Part shown: positions 16,942 to 27,864 of the stretch, piece after piece
Position numbering within the stretch: position 1 is the first letter of the stretch
Layout: the number at the start of each line of letters is the position of its first letter
NCBI GenBank assembly: GCA_030835025.1
Contig: JAUQWS010000101.1
Coordinates: 14,097 to 78,096, forward strand
Length of the DNA stretch: 64,000 nt
DNA from: Ignavibacteria bacterium
Lineage (GTDB): Bacteria; Bacteroidota; Ignavibacteria; Tepidaquicellales; OLB5
Reading direction: 5' to 3'
Translations under genes and position numbers: made by a program
Notes under the pieces: model-generated
The model's database searches: none
What the model saw: only the letters and a program-made list of their open reading frames with translations
What the model was told of the DNA's origin: nothing

Positions 16942-18771
16942 ATGGAAAAAACCGTAGAGGTTTTAAAAAGCGCAATCATCAGATTCGCTGGAGATTCCGG
17001 TGACGGGATGCAGATCGCCGGAAGCAGATTCACAGAAACATCAGCATTCTTTGGTAACGATTTAAGTACTTTCCCTGACTATCCCGCAGAAATTAGAGCC
17101 CCTGCAGGTACTTTATTCGGAGTAAGCGGATTTCAGATCCAGATCTCGAGCCAGGATATATACTCTCCCGGCGACGAGCCGGACGTTCTTGTTGCTATGA
17201 ACCCCGCAGCGCTTAAGGTAAACTTAAAAGACCTTAAGAGAAACGGAACAATTATAGCAAACGAAGATGCGTTCATAGATAAAAACCTGCAGCTTGCAGG
17301 ATATGAAACAAATCCCCTTGAAGACGGTTCACTTGCCGGATACAAACTACTGAAAGTTCCTATAACAAGGGCAACGAACAACGCTGTCGCAGAGATCGGG
17401 CTGAATGCCAAAGATGCTAACCGGTGCAAGAATTTCTATGCACTTGGCTTAACTTACTGGCTTTATGACAGGCCGCTTGAAGTTACTGAAAACTGGCTGC
17501 ACTCTAAATTTACCGGCAAGCCTCAAATTGCAGAAGGCAATGTTAAGGCAATGCGCGCCGGCTATTATTTCGGGGAAACAGCCGAGATATTTACTACGAG
17601 ATACAAAGTAGCCCCTGCCAAGCTGCCAAAAGGCATTTACAGAAATGTTACGGGCAACCACGCAACAGCGCTCGGAATTCTTTCGGCATCTGTTAAAAGC
17701 GGATTGCCGCTTTTCCTTGGTTCATACCCGATCACACCGGCCAGTGATATACTTCACGACCTTTCGGAATTTAAGAACTTCGGAGTAAAGACATTCCAGG
17801 CAGAAGATGAGATCGCTGCAATCTGCGCCGCTATTGGTGCATCTTTTGGCGGTTCTTTAGCCTTCACAAGTACTAGCGGACCCGGTATGGCATTAAAGCA
17901 GGAAGCAGTCGGTCTTGCAGTTATGCTAGAGCTTCCGTTGGTAATCTGCAATGTTCAAAGAGGCGGACCCAGCACCGGACTTCCGACAAAGACCGAGCAG
18001 GCAGACCTGCTTCAGGTTGTAAGCGGAAGGAACGGCGAGTGCCCACTGCCTGTACTTGCTGCAGCATCACCGGCGGATTGCTTCAACATGATCTACGAAG
18101 CCGCAAGAATAGCTGTTAAGTATATGACTCCTGTTGTATTGCTTACAGACGGCTACCTAGCTAACGGCGCTGAACCATGGAACATTCCGCATGTTAAAGA
18201 CCTGCCCGAGATCAAAGTTACTTTCAGAACCGAGAAGGAGGGATTTTTCCCGTACTTAAGAGATGAAAATCTTGCAAGGCCATGGGTTAAGCCCGGAACT
18301 CCCGGACTTGAACACAGGATCGGCGGACTGGAAAAACAGCACATCACCGGAAATGTAAGCTATGATACCAAGAATCACGAGTTCATGGTAAAAATGCGCG
18401 CACAGAAGGTGCAGAATGTACAGAATGATATTCCTGAACTGGAAGTAGATGGCGACCCGGAAGGTGAAGTACTTATTATCGGATGGGGCAGCACATACGG
18501 TTCAATTACAGCAGCAAAGGAACGACTGGATGCAAAAGGATATAAGGTCTCGAGGATACACCTCAGATACCTGAATCCGTTCCCGAAAAACCTTGGTGAA
18601 ATAATGAAGAGGTTCAAAAAAGTACTTATACCTGAACTAAACCTTGGCCAGCTATTGAAGCTGATCAGGGCAGAGTATCTTGTAGATGCTATAGGATTGG
18701 ATAAGATACAGGGACTTCCGTTTAAAGCCAGCGAAATTGAAGCTAAAGTAATTGAGCTTTTGAAAAATTAA
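16942..18771 (+). CDS. korA: 2-oxoacid (2-oxoglutarate-type):ferredoxin oxidoreductase subunit alpha (fused gamma+alpha)
   Basis: At 609 aa it has an N-terminal gamma-like module (RFAGDSGDGMQ) followed by an alpha module (GSYPITPASD). It is paired with a TPP-binding beta subunit. Confidence 0.85.
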   Translation: MEKTVEVLKSAIIRFAGDSGDGMQIAGSRFTETSAFFGNDLSTFPDYPAEIRAPAGTLFGVSGFQIQISSQDIYSPGDEPDVLVAMNPAALKVNLKDLKRNGTIIANEDAFIDKNLQLAGYETNPLEDGSLAGYKLLKVPITRATNNAVAEIGLNAKDANRCKNFYALGLTYWLYDRPLEVTENWLHSKFTGKPQIAEGNVKAMRAGYYFGETAEIFTTRYKVAPAKLPKGIYRNVTGNHATALGILSASVKSGLPLFLGSYPITPASDILHDLSEFKNFGVKTFQAEDEIAAICAAIGASFGGSLAFTSTSGPGMALKQEAVGLAVMLELPLVICNVQRGGPSTGLPTKTEQADLLQVVSGRNGECPLPVLAAASPADCFNMIYEAARIAVKYMTPVVLLTDGYLANGAEPWNIPHVKDLPEIKVTFRTEKEGFFPYLRDENLARPWVKPGTPGLEHRIGGLEKQHITGNVSYDTKNHEFMVKMRAQKVQNVQNDIPELEVDGDPEGEVLIIGWGSTYGSITAAKERLDAKGYKVSRIHLRYLNPFPKNLGEIMKRFKKVLIPELNLGQLLKLIRAEYLVDAIGLDKIQGLPFKASEIEAKVIELLKN

Positions 18772-18817
18772 GAAAACGAACTCACTGCAATTTGCACTGA
18801 GTGAAAAAAATAATATT

Positions 18818-19852
18818 ATGGAATCAGATACTCTTCAAAACGGAACGCATGTTAAGCTTTCGGCTAAGGATTTCTCCTCAGACCAGGATGTTAGATGGTG
18901 TCCGGGCTGCGGTGATTATTCGATCCTTGCACAGGTTCAGCGTGTTATGCCCTCATTCGAAATACCGCGTGAAAAAACCGTATTTGTTGCAGGCATCGGC
19001 TGTTCAAGCCGGTTCCCTTACTACATGAATACCTACGGTTTCCACGGGATCCACGGAAGAGCTGCCGCAATTGCATCAGGTCTTAAGATCGCAAGAACGG
19101 ATCTTGATGTATGGGTTGCAACGGGCGATGGTGACCTGCTCAGCATTGGCGGTAATCACTTTATTCACATACTCAGAAGAAATATCAACACAGTAATTAT
19201 GCTGTTCAACAACAGGATATACGGATTGACAAAGGGACAGTATTCACCTACCAGTGAACACGGAAAAATAACCAAATCTTCCCCGTTTGGTACGGTTGAT
19301 ACTCCTTTCAACCCGCTTACCCTGGCATTAGGCGCCGGCGGTTCTTTTGTTGCCCGCACAATGGATAGGGACCCGAAACACATGCAGGATGTTGTCTCAA
19401 AAGCACATAAGCACAAAGGAACATCATTCATTGAGATATTCCAGAACTGCAATATTTATAATGACGGCGCTTATGAGCTGTATACTGAAAAAGATACGAA
19501 GCCCGAGAACACAATAAATCTTGAGCATGGAAAGCCCCTCTTATTCGGAAAAGATAAAAATAAAGGAATAAAACTTGATGGTTTCCGCCCTGTGATAATA
19601 TCGCTGGATGACGGAATCCATACAGTAAATGACGTTATCGTTCATGACCATACTTCTAAAGAACTGGCTATGATACTTGCACAATTCTCAGAGATCAAAG
19701 GCTTCCCCGTACCGCTCGGAGTATTGTATGAAGTTGAAAGACCATGCTTTGAAGACGAAATGGAAGAACAGATAGAGGATTCAACCAGGAAAAAAGGTGC
19801 AGGGGATCTTGAGAAGCTGTTATTTTCAGGGACTACCTGGGAAGTAAAATAA
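18818..19852 (+). CDS. korB: 2-oxoacid:ferredoxin oxidoreductase subunit beta (TPP-binding)
   Basis: WCPGCGDYSIL, GIGCSSRF and ATGDGDLLSIGGNH (the TPP motif GDG...N) are present. Confidence 0.85.
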   Translation: MESDTLQNGTHVKLSAKDFSSDQDVRWCPGCGDYSILAQVQRVMPSFEIPREKTVFVAGIGCSSRFPYYMNTYGFHGIHGRAAAIASGLKIARTDLDVWVATGDGDLLSIGGNHFIHILRRNINTVIMLFNNRIYGLTKGQYSPTSEHGKITKSSPFGTVDTPFNPLTLALGAGGSFVARTMDRDPKHMQDVVSKAHKHKGTSFIEIFQNCNIYNDGAYELYTEKDTKPENTINLEHGKPLLFGKDKNKGIKLDGFRPVIISLDDGIHTVNDVIVHDHTSKELAMILAQFSEIKGFPVPLGVLYEVERPCFEDEMEEQIEDSTRKKGAGDLEKLLFSGTTWEVK

Positions 19853-19875
19853 GCTGTAATTTAGTTTTTAAAAAA

Positions 19876-19908
19876 CCCGGAAGGTTTTATAACCTGCCGG
19901 GTTTTTTT
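19876..19908. terminator. Rho-independent terminator, bidirectional
   Basis: The hairpin cccggaagg...cctgccggg is preceded by an A-run and followed by T7. It lies between the convergent genes ending at 19852 (+) and 19925 (-). Confidence 0.65.
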
Positions 19909-19924
19909 ATGAACAATCCCGAAT

Positions 19925-20404
19925 TTATTTCATTTGAACACTTGACCTGAACCTGCCCCTTAGAAGCACGCGCTCACCAATGAAGAATATCGCTGCAACC
20001 AGGATGACAACAAGCATTATCGTAACAGAGCCCGGGCTTATTGATACTCCAAAGAACTCAAGCACTCCCATAAAGAACCTTTGAATATACATTAACACCG
20101 TCTCTATAAATGAGTTTGAAGTCTGCATGGTATCAAATCCGATACCTGTTGCGTCACTTGTTCCTGCAGACTGTCTTTTTGACATTATGCCAAGCCCGAA
20201 AGTAAATGCAAGCATCATGAAGCTGAAAGAGCCAATGGCATATTTCACTATCCTGTCGCTTTTGCGTTCTTCGAGCAGTGCCTTATTTTCGGCCGTGATC
20301 CTTTTCATCAGGTGCCCGGTGAAATCACCCGAAGTCCTTTTCAGGTCACTTCTCCTAAGCCTCGATTCGAGGAAATCTTCTATGTATTTTTCTTTGTCTC
20401 TCAT
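19925..20404 (-). CDS. Membrane protein, candidate anti-sigma factor
   Basis: It starts 20 nt downstream of the ECF sigma gene. It has a charged N-terminal segment followed by 2-3 TM helices, with no recognisable domain. Confidence 0.4.
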   Translation of the reverse strand: MRDKEKYIEDFLESRLRRSDLKRTSGDFTGHLMKRITAENKALLEERKSDRIVKYAIGSFSFMMLAFTFGLGIMSKRQSAGTSDATGIGFDTMQTSNSFIETVLMYIQRFFMGVLEFFGVSISPGSVTIMLVVILVAAIFFIGERVLLRGRFRSSVQMK

Positions 20405-20424
20405 TTTCTTAAAACTTTTCCGGT

Positions 20425-21069
20425 TTATATAAATTCAATTAATTCTTCCGGTGAATATGCTCTCAAAAGCACTTCTTTCAGCTTATCCTTCGCTCTGAAT
20501 ATCCTGTTCTTTACTGTACCAAGCGGAAGCTTAAGTGTTTCGGAAATTTCCTCATGCGAAAGATCATTGATATAAAAAAGCGTCAAAATAGTTGAGTACT
20601 TCTCAGGAATTTCTTCAAGGTACTTATTCACAACATCCTGCATTTCCCCTTCAATTGCTTTTCTGTCTGTTTCAAAAGCGCCGCTCATGTAATATTTGTT
20701 CCGGTCTATGTTCATCTCAAAGTTAGAAATATCCATTATCTCACCGTCGTCACCTACTCTGTTATTATCAATATTTATCAGGTTGTATGTTTTAGATCTG
20801 TGCTTTTTGTAGAAATCGATTGCCGTATTATATACGATCCTGTAAAAATAAGTTGAAAACTTTGAACGCTCTTCAAACTGTTTATCTACTATTGCCCTGA
20901 ACGTCTTAATGAACGCTTCCTGTATTGCATCTTCGGAGTCTTCTGTATTCTTAAGTATCCTCATTGCCAGTGTCATAGCCTTATCCTTATACCTGTTCAC
21001 TATCTCCTCAAACTCATCAATGCTGCCGTTTTGGATCTTTTTTATGATGTTGAGTTCCAGGTCGTTCAT
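20425..21069 (-). CDS. RNA polymerase sigma-70 family, ECF-type sigma factor
   Basis: Region 2 is DAIQEAFIKTFR...YFYRIVYNTAID and region 4 is LSHEEISETLKLPLGTVKNRIFRAK. I place the start at ATG 21069 (MNDLELN...) because the ORF-track start at 21126 is a TTG. Confidence 0.85.
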   Translation of the reverse strand: MNDLELNIIKKIQNGSIDEFEEIVNRYKDKAMTLAMRILKNTEDSEDAIQEAFIKTFRAIVDKQFEERSKFSTYFYRIVYNTAIDFYKKHRSKTYNLINIDNNRVGDDGEIMDISNFEMNIDRNKYYMSGAFETDRKAIEGEMQDVVNKYLEEIPEKYSTILTLFYINDLSHEEISETLKLPLGTVKNRIFRAKDKLKEVLLRAYSPEELIEFI

Positions 21070-21159
21070 GCAGGATTCTACTCGCTCTTTTGACACAGGT
21101 TTCCTATTTTCGCTAAATATAAACAAAAATGTTCACAGTTTAAGTTAAATTTGCTTTAA

Positions 21160-22143
21160 CTACTTCTTTTTGAGTGAATCTGCGTTTTTCGGCAATTCAG
21201 GCAAATTCATCGTGTCAATATCCTTATCGGTCTCGGTTTTGGAATCGTCAAACTCCTCTTCTAGAATTCTCTCCAGCTCCTTCAATTCTTCTTTATCATC
21301 CTTATCGTCAAAATCAAACTTGAATTCAATATGACCATCTTTTTTGAATACAAACTTGCTTGCATCAAGCGAAACTGTTCCGTTAACAGTTGATACGCGG
21401 ATCTGGCTGCCGCCTTTGCCCAGAGTTCCGCTTAAGTTCTTCTTCTCGGAAATGATATTGGTAAAACTGAGGTCTTTGACCTTTACTTTCCCGTTCACTG
21501 TGGAAGCGTTTACGTCTGCGTCAACGTATTTTAAACCGCCGATCTTTACACTTCCGTTAACAACATCCACATTGACCCCTTTTGTCAATGAGTCAACATT
21601 GCATGTAACAGTTCCGTTTACACTTGTCAGTTCCAGCTTTCCTCTGCTCCCGTTCACATCAATTGAACCGTTAACAGTTTCGGCAATAACATCGTTCCTT
21701 ACACCAGATATCAGGATCTTTCCGTTTACATTCTCTACCCTGACATTCAGATTTGCAGGTACCCTTATATCATAATCAACTTCGGCCCCTTTGCTTTTTT
21801 TGAAGAAGCCGGAATTGTTTCTTGTCTCAGTTTCAATCTTAACCTCACTGCCGTTGGTATCTATCAGAATGGTAATGTTATCAATGGGTTTATCCTGTTC
21901 ATCCTGTCTTACTTCAGCAGTTTTGATCGCATTAATTGTTATGTATCCAAGCGTATCGGTGGTGCTTCTTACGTTTATTTTCCCCGAGACATTCTCGACT
22001 GAGATCGAGGTTCTGCCTGAAGCACTTATTTTGTACTCTACTTTTTCAGTCTTCTCAACTCTTTTTTTCAGGAGACTGCAGCCTGAAAGAACCGTGGCTG
22101 CAGTCAGCGAAATCAGAGTCAATATTAATAATTTTGATCTCAT
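21160..22143 (-). CDS. DUF4097-like beta-repeat lipoprotein with acidic C-terminal tail
   Basis: A lipobox (LSGC) is followed by repeated V.NV.GKI.V / VNGSI.V beta-strand units. The C-terminal tail is D/E/K-rich. Confidence 0.65.
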   Translation of the reverse strand: MRSKLLILTLISLTAATVLSGCSLLKKRVEKTEKVEYKISASGRTSISVENVSGKINVRSTTDTLGYITINAIKTAEVRQDEQDKPIDNITILIDTNGSEVKIETETRNNSGFFKKSKGAEVDYDIRVPANLNVRVENVNGKILISGVRNDVIAETVNGSIDVNGSRGKLELTSVNGTVTCNVDSLTKGVNVDVVNGSVKIGGLKYVDADVNASTVNGKVKVKDLSFTNIISEKKNLSGTLGKGGSQIRVSTVNGTVSLDASKFVFKKDGHIEFKFDFDDKDDKEELKELERILEEEFDDSKTETDKDIDTMNLPELPKNADSLKKK

Positions 22144-22169
22144 TTTATTTTTGCTTTATAGTGTAATGC

Positions 22170-22562
22170 TTACTGGTTTGTTTGATTGCCGGCAGTTAAC
22201 TGCTGATCTTTCTTCAATTTTGATGCTGCCACAAAGTAGTATATTATGAATCCGAGTCCGCCGAATACAAGCACCATTACACCCGTAAGCTCATCTTTAA
22301 AGCCTGCTTCATCAAGAAGAATACCGATGAACAAACCAATGCCTATCATTGTGAAGAGGATTCCCCATTTAAGGGAACCAAGCGGATTCTTTGGTTTCTT
22401 ATCCTGCTCACGGAAGTAATCTCTTGCTTCCTGGGGAGTGAGCCCCATATCCATCAGCTTTGTTCTTTCTTTGTGTTTAATATACAGGTACCAGAATATC
22501 AGGATACCGGGAATTCCAAACGTGAAAACTATCGCAAATATTGGAGCTAAAGCGTCCAGCAT
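22170..22562 (-). CDS. Small integral membrane protein
   Basis: 130 aa with 3-4 predicted TM helices. It is the first gene of the ECF sigma cluster, 26 nt upstream of the DUF4097-like gene. Confidence 0.55.
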   Translation of the reverse strand: MLDALAPIFAIVFTFGIPGILIFWYLYIKHKERTKLMDMGLTPQEARDYFREQDKKPKNPLGSLKWGILFTMIGIGLFIGILLDEAGFKDELTGVMVLVFGGLGFIIYYFVAASKLKKDQQLTAGNQTNQ

Positions 22563-22793
22563 TTTCTTATCTCCTTTTGCCTAAAATTGGCAAATTTATG
22601 TTATTTTTTTTGTTTTTTTCCTCATTACAGATATCTGTTTATTATGACTTGAAAGGTTTGTTGAAGGTTGCATAATGAATACACAAATTCCCGAAAAATT
22701 GGGATTATAAATATTTGATTTACTTCAATTTAAATAGAACAAGATAAGGACACATTTTCCAAATAGCTTAAAACGAGTTCAATCTGTCACATA

Positions 22794-24002
22794 TCAATTT
22801 TCACTTGTCAACTGCTTCTCTGTTCCTTTGCCAAAAGTCCAGAAATACAGCGTACCCAAAATCCCCATTGCGGTCGCAGTGAACAGATTCACTTCAGGGG
22901 AGATTTGCCAGAGTGCGCCGCCTAAGAATCCCGCAAAGGCAACTATTCCGTCTCGAATGAAGTAATACATTCCAAAACTTCTTGCTTCAACTCCTTTTGC
23001 AGAAAGTTCAAGTATCAGTGCCTTCCTTGTCGGTTCACCAAATTCTTTAAGTCCCCTGATGAAGAAAGCTATTATAAGAAGTCCAAATGAATTGCTGAAA
23101 TAAAGTATGAATGGGAAAATTGTGAAGAACACAAATGTAATTACAACAAACGGTTTCTTTTCAAGTCTATCTGAATAGTTTGCTACCGGAATGAATATGA
23201 GTGCAGATGTAACCATTTCAATCGCGGTCAGATAACCGAATTCACTTGCCGATACCTTCACAACATTCATACACCATATCACAACAAACACGTAAGGAAT
23301 CTGCTCGCAGAATCTGACAAGTATATCCGAAACCAAAAGGTTCTTAAGTTTCCCGTCAAATCCTTTCCAAAGAGCGATCGGGTGTATTTTCTCAGGTCTG
23401 TTGGTTTCAGCAGGCTGTGTTAGCTTGTTAATAAAAAGAATTCCGACCACAGACAGGATTATTGAAATACCAAATGATATTCTGATCCCGGGCAAGAGCC
23501 CGTAGTTCATTATGAGGAATCCACCTATAACCGGGCCCAGCATCATGGGTCCACGTCTTAATAAGGAGTGCATTGATATTCCCATGACGGTTTTGCCCTT
23601 GCCAAGAGTTTTTGTAATAAGGGACATCGAGCCCGGAAGGGCAACATTACTCCACCCGAAGAAAAACAGCATACCAACAAATACGGCAATCCAATTCTGA
23701 AAAACTATGGCGATAGTGTAACCGAAGATTGCAAGGATGTTGAAAATAAAGAATGCTTTTCTGCTTCCAAGCATATCGGCAAGATATCCCCCGGGCAGTG
23801 CCCAGACTGCACCAAGGAAATTCTGAAGGAACCCGAACGCACCGATCAGCAGAATAGATGTGCCAAGCTCGTCAAGGTATTTGGGAATGAATCGTTCCCA
23901 CAGTTTCTCACCCGTGTACATTATGACAGTAAGCGCAAGCATCATAACAATGTTGCGCTTCAGTCCGAGGTAATTCTTGGCTTTTGATAGTGCAGTATTC
24001 AC
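22794..24002 (-). CDS. MFS transporter
   Basis: About 12 hydrophobic helices are present, plus an MFS loop motif-like GGYLADMLGSRK. It has a GTG start. Confidence 0.8.
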   Translation of the reverse strand: MNTALSKAKNYLGLKRNIVMMLALTVIMYTGEKLWERFIPKYLDELGTSILLIGAFGFLQNFLGAVWALPGGYLADMLGSRKAFFIFNILAIFGYTIAIVFQNWIAVFVGMLFFFGWSNVALPGSMSLITKTLGKGKTVMGISMHSLLRRGPMMLGPVIGGFLIMNYGLLPGIRISFGISIILSVVGILFINKLTQPAETNRPEKIHPIALWKGFDGKLKNLLVSDILVRFCEQIPYVFVVIWCMNVVKVSASEFGYLTAIEMVTSALIFIPVANYSDRLEKKPFVVITFVFFTIFPFILYFSNSFGLLIIAFFIRGLKEFGEPTRKALILELSAKGVEARSFGMYYFIRDGIVAFAGFLGGALWQISPEVNLFTATAMGILGTLYFWTFGKGTEKQLTSEN

Positions 24003-24028
24003 AATTGAAAAATAGCTGAATATGAAAA

Positions 24029-24054
24029 TAAAAAAAGGGCTGAAAATTCAGCCC
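24029..24054 (-). terminator. Rho-independent terminator of gcvP
   Basis: On the minus strand the hairpin gggctgaattttcagccc is followed by T8. It lies 29 nt after the gcvP stop. Confidence 0.6.
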
Positions 24055-24082
24055 TTAACTGCAAACTATCATTCGTCAATTA

Positions 24083-26938
24083 TCAACTAAGCGTTTCTTC
24101 AGCATAACTTTCTATAGGCTCGCATGCGCAGACGAAATTCCTGTCACCATAAGCATCATCAACCCTTGCAACCGGCGGCCAGAATTTATTTTCCCTTAGC
24201 CTTTCTACAGGGAAAGCAGCCTTATTTCTGCTGTATGGATGTTTCCATTCGTCTGAAGAAATTTCCATCGCAGTATGCGGAGCGTTCTTAAGCAGATTAT
24301 CAGTTTTATCTGATTTGCCTGCTTCGATTTCTTTTATCTCATTATATATCGAGATCATTGCTTCGCAGAACCTGTCCAGCTCGTACTTAGGCTCTGATTC
24401 CGTTGGTTCAACCATTAGTGTTCCGGGTACGGGGAAAGAAACTGTTGGTGCATGGAAGCTGTAATCCATTAGCCTTTTTGCTATATCACCCACTTCAACC
24501 CCTGAAGTATGCTTGAAATCACGTGTATCAAGTATCATTTCATGGGCAGCGCGCCCGTGCTTCCCTGTGTATAATACAGGGAAATACTTATCCAGCTTAG
24601 CCTTCAGATAATTTGCATTCAGTATTGCATACTTTGTAGCAAGCGTCAATCCTTCGCCTCCCATCATTAATATATACGCGTACGAAATGAGCAGAATGCT
24701 TGAGCTTCCCCAGGGAGCAGCAGAAACAGCGTGAATAGCTTTCTCTCCTCCTGTTTTAATTACGGGATTGCCCGGCAAAAAAGCTGCAAGGTGTTCCGCT
24801 ACAGCTATCGGTCCCATTCCGGGTCCGCCGCCGCCGTGCGGTATGCAAAAAGTCTTGTGCAGATTAATGTGGCAAACATCAGCTCCGATTAATCCCGGAT
24901 TTGTAAGCCCAACCTGTGCATTCAAATTAGCTCCATCCATATATACCTGTCCGCCGTTATCATGTATGATCCTGCAGATATCCATTATGCTTTCTTCAAA
25001 AACGCCGTGTGTTGAAGGGTATGTAACCATCAACGCTCCGAGAGTGTCTTTAAATTGCTCTGCCTTTGACTTAAGATCTGCAACATCTATATCGCCATGC
25101 TCCATTGTTTTTACAACTACAACCTTCATTCCGGCCATAACGGCACTTGCGGGATTTGTCCCATGAGCAGATGCCGGAATCAGAACAACGTTCCTTGTGC
25201 CTTCTCCTCTGGATTTGTGGTATTCGCGAATTACCATCAGGCCCGAATACTCACCTTGTGCACCTGAGTTTGGCTGAAGCGAAACTGCAGGTAATCCTGC
25301 AATTGCAGAAAGAGCACTTTCCAGTCCTTTAAAAATTTCAGAGTACCCTTCTGCCTGCTCAACAGGAATGAACGGGTGCAATGAGCCGAACTTGTGCCAG
25401 GTTATCGGTATCATCTCTGTGGTTGCATTAAGCTTCATTGTGCACGAACCCAGCGGGATCATCGAAGCATTGAGTGAAAGATCTTTATTTTCAAGCTTCT
25501 TCATATAGCGAAGCATCTCAGTTTCCGAGTGATGCACATTGAAGACTGGATGCTGTAAATAACCAGATGCACGCTTCAAAGTTTCGGGCAATCCTTTTCC
25601 GTTCAATGAAGCAGGTACTGACTTTCCTTCTCCGAATATATTAAGAAGCTCATCTACATCTGCATCAGTCGTTGTTTCATCAGCAGAAATTCCGATATGC
25701 TGCTCATCTATATATCTTAAATTGATACCGGCATCTTCAAATTTCTTTCTGAGTTCTTTCAGCTTATCTTTTGAGCCTGCATCAATTTTCAGTGTATCAA
25801 AGTAGCTGCTGTTAAGCTGTTTGTAACCCAATAGTTTAAGGCCATTGTTGAGTCTTGAGGCAAGGCCGTGTACCCTTTCGGCAATTGACTTTACACCCTG
25901 CGGCCCGTGGTAAACACAATACATTCCTGCCATTATTGCAAGCAGAACCTGCGCTGTGCAGATATTGCTTGTAGCTTTCTCACGTCTAATGTGCTGCTCT
26001 CTGGTTTGCAGCGCCATTCTCAGCGCTTTATTTCCTGTCCTGTCAATGGATACACCTATTATTCTACCAGGCATCAGGCGGCGGAAATCATCTTTGCAGG
26101 CAAAGTATGCTGCATGCGGCCCTCCGTAGCCCATGGGGACACCGAATCTCTGTGCTGACCCAACTGCTATATCTGCGCCAAACTCCCCTGGCGGCACCAA
26201 TAGGGTTAAGCTCAAAATATCTGCGGCGGCTACACAATAAATTCCTTTTGTGTGTGCTTTATGGAAGAAGTTTTTATAATCATAAATCTCTCCGTCACAA
26301 GTTGGGTACTGCACCAGCAGCCCGAAAATATCATCGGTAAGTTCAAGTTTCTTCCAGTCTCCAACAAGAAGCTCAACTCCAATTGGCTCTGTTCTTGTTC
26401 TCAGTACATCGATTGTCTGAGGCAAACATTCATCAGATACAAAGAACTTGTTTGCATTTTTCTTCTCAGGCCTACGCGCCGCAAAAAGCACGTGCATGGC
26501 TTCTGCAGCTGCAGTGCCTTCATCAAGCAATGATGCATTTGCAACAGGCAGTCCCGTCAGATCAACAATTACAGTCTGGTAATTCAGCAAAGCCTCAAGC
26601 CTGCCCTGTGATATTTCTGCCTGGTATGGAGTGTATTGCGTATACCAGCCCGGATTTTCCATGATATTTCTCAATATCACTGTTGGAGTATAAGTACCGT
26701 AATACCCGCAGCCGATATATGATTTAAATAATTTGTTTTTCAAGCTAAGGTCGTGGAAATGCTCCAGCAATTCCTGCTCACTGAGAGGCTTTCCGAGATC
26801 AAGATCTGTTTTTAAGCGGATTGCAGCCGGTACGGTTTCATCGATCAACTTATCAAGCGAATCAACTCCGATAATTCTGAGCATTTCTTTTGTTTCCTGC
26901 TCTGTCGGTCCGATATGTCTGTTTACGAATGTATGCAT
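24083..26938 (-). CDS. gcvP: Glycine dehydrogenase (aminomethyl-transferring), single-chain P protein
   Basis: 951 aa. It begins FVNRHIGP, and [21 protein letters not shown] is present, as is the PLP-lysine context [16 protein letters not shown]. Confidence 0.95.
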   Translation of the reverse strand: MHTFVNRHIGPTEQETKEMLRIIGVDSLDKLIDETVPAAIRLKTDLDLGKPLSEQELLEHFHDLSLKNKLFKSYIGCGYYGTYTPTVILRNIMENPGWYTQYTPYQAEISQGRLEALLNYQTVIVDLTGLPVANASLLDEGTAAAEAMHVLFAARRPEKKNANKFFVSDECLPQTIDVLRTRTEPIGVELLVGDWKKLELTDDIFGLLVQYPTCDGEIYDYKNFFHKAHTKGIYCVAAADILSLTLLVPPGEFGADIAVGSAQRFGVPMGYGGPHAAYFACKDDFRRLMPGRIIGVSIDRTGNKALRMALQTREQHIRREKATSNICTAQVLLAIMAGMYCVYHGPQGVKSIAERVHGLASRLNNGLKLLGYKQLNSSYFDTLKIDAGSKDKLKELRKKFEDAGINLRYIDEQHIGISADETTTDADVDELLNIFGEGKSVPASLNGKGLPETLKRASGYLQHPVFNVHHSETEMLRYMKKLENKDLSLNASMIPLGSCTMKLNATTEMIPITWHKFGSLHPFIPVEQAEGYSEIFKGLESALSAIAGLPAVSLQPNSGAQGEYSGLMVIREYHKSRGEGTRNVVLIPASAHGTNPASAVMAGMKVVVVKTMEHGDIDVADLKSKAEQFKDTLGALMVTYPSTHGVFEESIMDICRIIHDNGGQVYMDGANLNAQVGLTNPGLIGADVCHINLHKTFCIPHGGGGPGMGPIAVAEHLAAFLPGNPVIKTGGEKAIHAVSAAPWGSSSILLISYAYILMMGGEGLTLATKYAILNANYLKAKLDKYFPVLYTGKHGRAAHEMILDTRDFKHTSGVEVGDIAKRLMDYSFHAPTVSFPVPGTLMVEPTESEPKYELDRFCEAMISIYNEIKEIEAGKSDKTDNLLKNAPHTAMEISSDEWKHPYSRNKAAFPVERLRENKFWPPVARVDDAYGDRNFVCACEPIESYAEETLS

Positions 26939-27036
26939 TTTATTTTATATAAAAAGGTGTGTTGTTAGAAGTATAATAGTATATGTTTGCGATATGTGAA
27001 AGAATCTTCCCGTCAAAAGGGAACCCTGCATGATGA

Positions 27037-27858
27037 TTACCCGCCCTTTTTCTTCTTCTTAAGGCCCATTTTCTCTATTACATCAAGGTTCTTCAGGGCG
27101 TTGCTTGCTGCTTCCTGTTCTGCGGTTTTTTTTGTTCTGCCTTTGCCTATGCCAAGTGCCCTCTGGTTTATCTGTACTTCAACCGTGAAAAGCTTGTTGT
27201 GCTCCGGGCCTTCCTGGTTTATCACTTTATATTCCGGAATAAAGTCTGTGTTAGCCTGTGTGTATTCAAGCAGCTTGCTCTTGTAATTTTCATCGAACTG
27301 GTTAAGCCATTTTACGTCAAGTTTCTTGAATATCTCATTGTTCAAAAATTCCTTTGCGGCATCATATCCTCTATCCAGAAATATTGCACCAACAAGCGCC
27401 TCATATGCATCCGAAAGTATCGTGTCATACCCGTCTTCAATTGATTTAAGTGCCGTAGGTGCAGCCAAAAGATATGCCTGCAGTTTGATCTCTTTTGCTC
27501 TTTCAGCAAGGAAACGCTGATTGACAAGCACGCTTCGGTATTTGGTCAGGTCGCCCTCTTCAGATTCGGGAAAGTTCTTATACAGGTACTCTGCAACTAC
27601 TGAATCAAGCACTGCATCACCAAGATACTCAAGCCTTTCATTGGAAGTGAACTTGACGCCGTTAGTACCTTTTGATTTGAGGAAAGATCTGTGAGTGAGG
27701 GCGTTAATAAAAAAATTCTTATGGATTATCTGGTAATCAATGCTGTGCTGGAAGGCCTTGAAATCAAACGAGGCAATAGCGGAGTAAATGTCATCTTCCT
27801 CTTTGCGCCTCCTTAAAACAGGGACAAATTTCCTGAGGGTTTTTAATACACCAAACAT
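27037..27858 (-). CDS. rnc: Ribonuclease III
   Basis: The RNase III signature ERLEYLGDAVLD and a C-terminal dsRBD (GPEHNKLFTVEV...GRTKKTAEQEAA) are present. It has a Lys-rich tail. Confidence 0.9.
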   Translation of the reverse strand: MFGVLKTLRKFVPVLRRRKEEDDIYSAIASFDFKAFQHSIDYQIIHKNFFINALTHRSFLKSKGTNGVKFTSNERLEYLGDAVLDSVVAEYLYKNFPESEEGDLTKYRSVLVNQRFLAERAKEIKLQAYLLAAPTALKSIEDGYDTILSDAYEALVGAIFLDRGYDAAKEFLNNEIFKKLDVKWLNQFDENYKSKLLEYTQANTDFIPEYKVINQEGPEHNKLFTVEVQINQRALGIGKGRTKKTAEQEAASNALKNLDVIEKMGLKKKKKGG

Positions 27859-27864
27859 TCGGTC

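Noticed and set aside
21070-21126. N-terminal extensions implied by ORF-track starts: the sigma factor at 21126, GlxA at 37722, ferredoxin at 46177, DUF1801 at 37714, and the OM barrel at 50122
   Set aside because: Where I checked the codon (21126, 37722), these starts are TTG. All five add residues with no homology ahead of an in-frame ATG. That ATG begins the conserved or signal-peptide region (21069, 37692, 46252, 37846, 50137).
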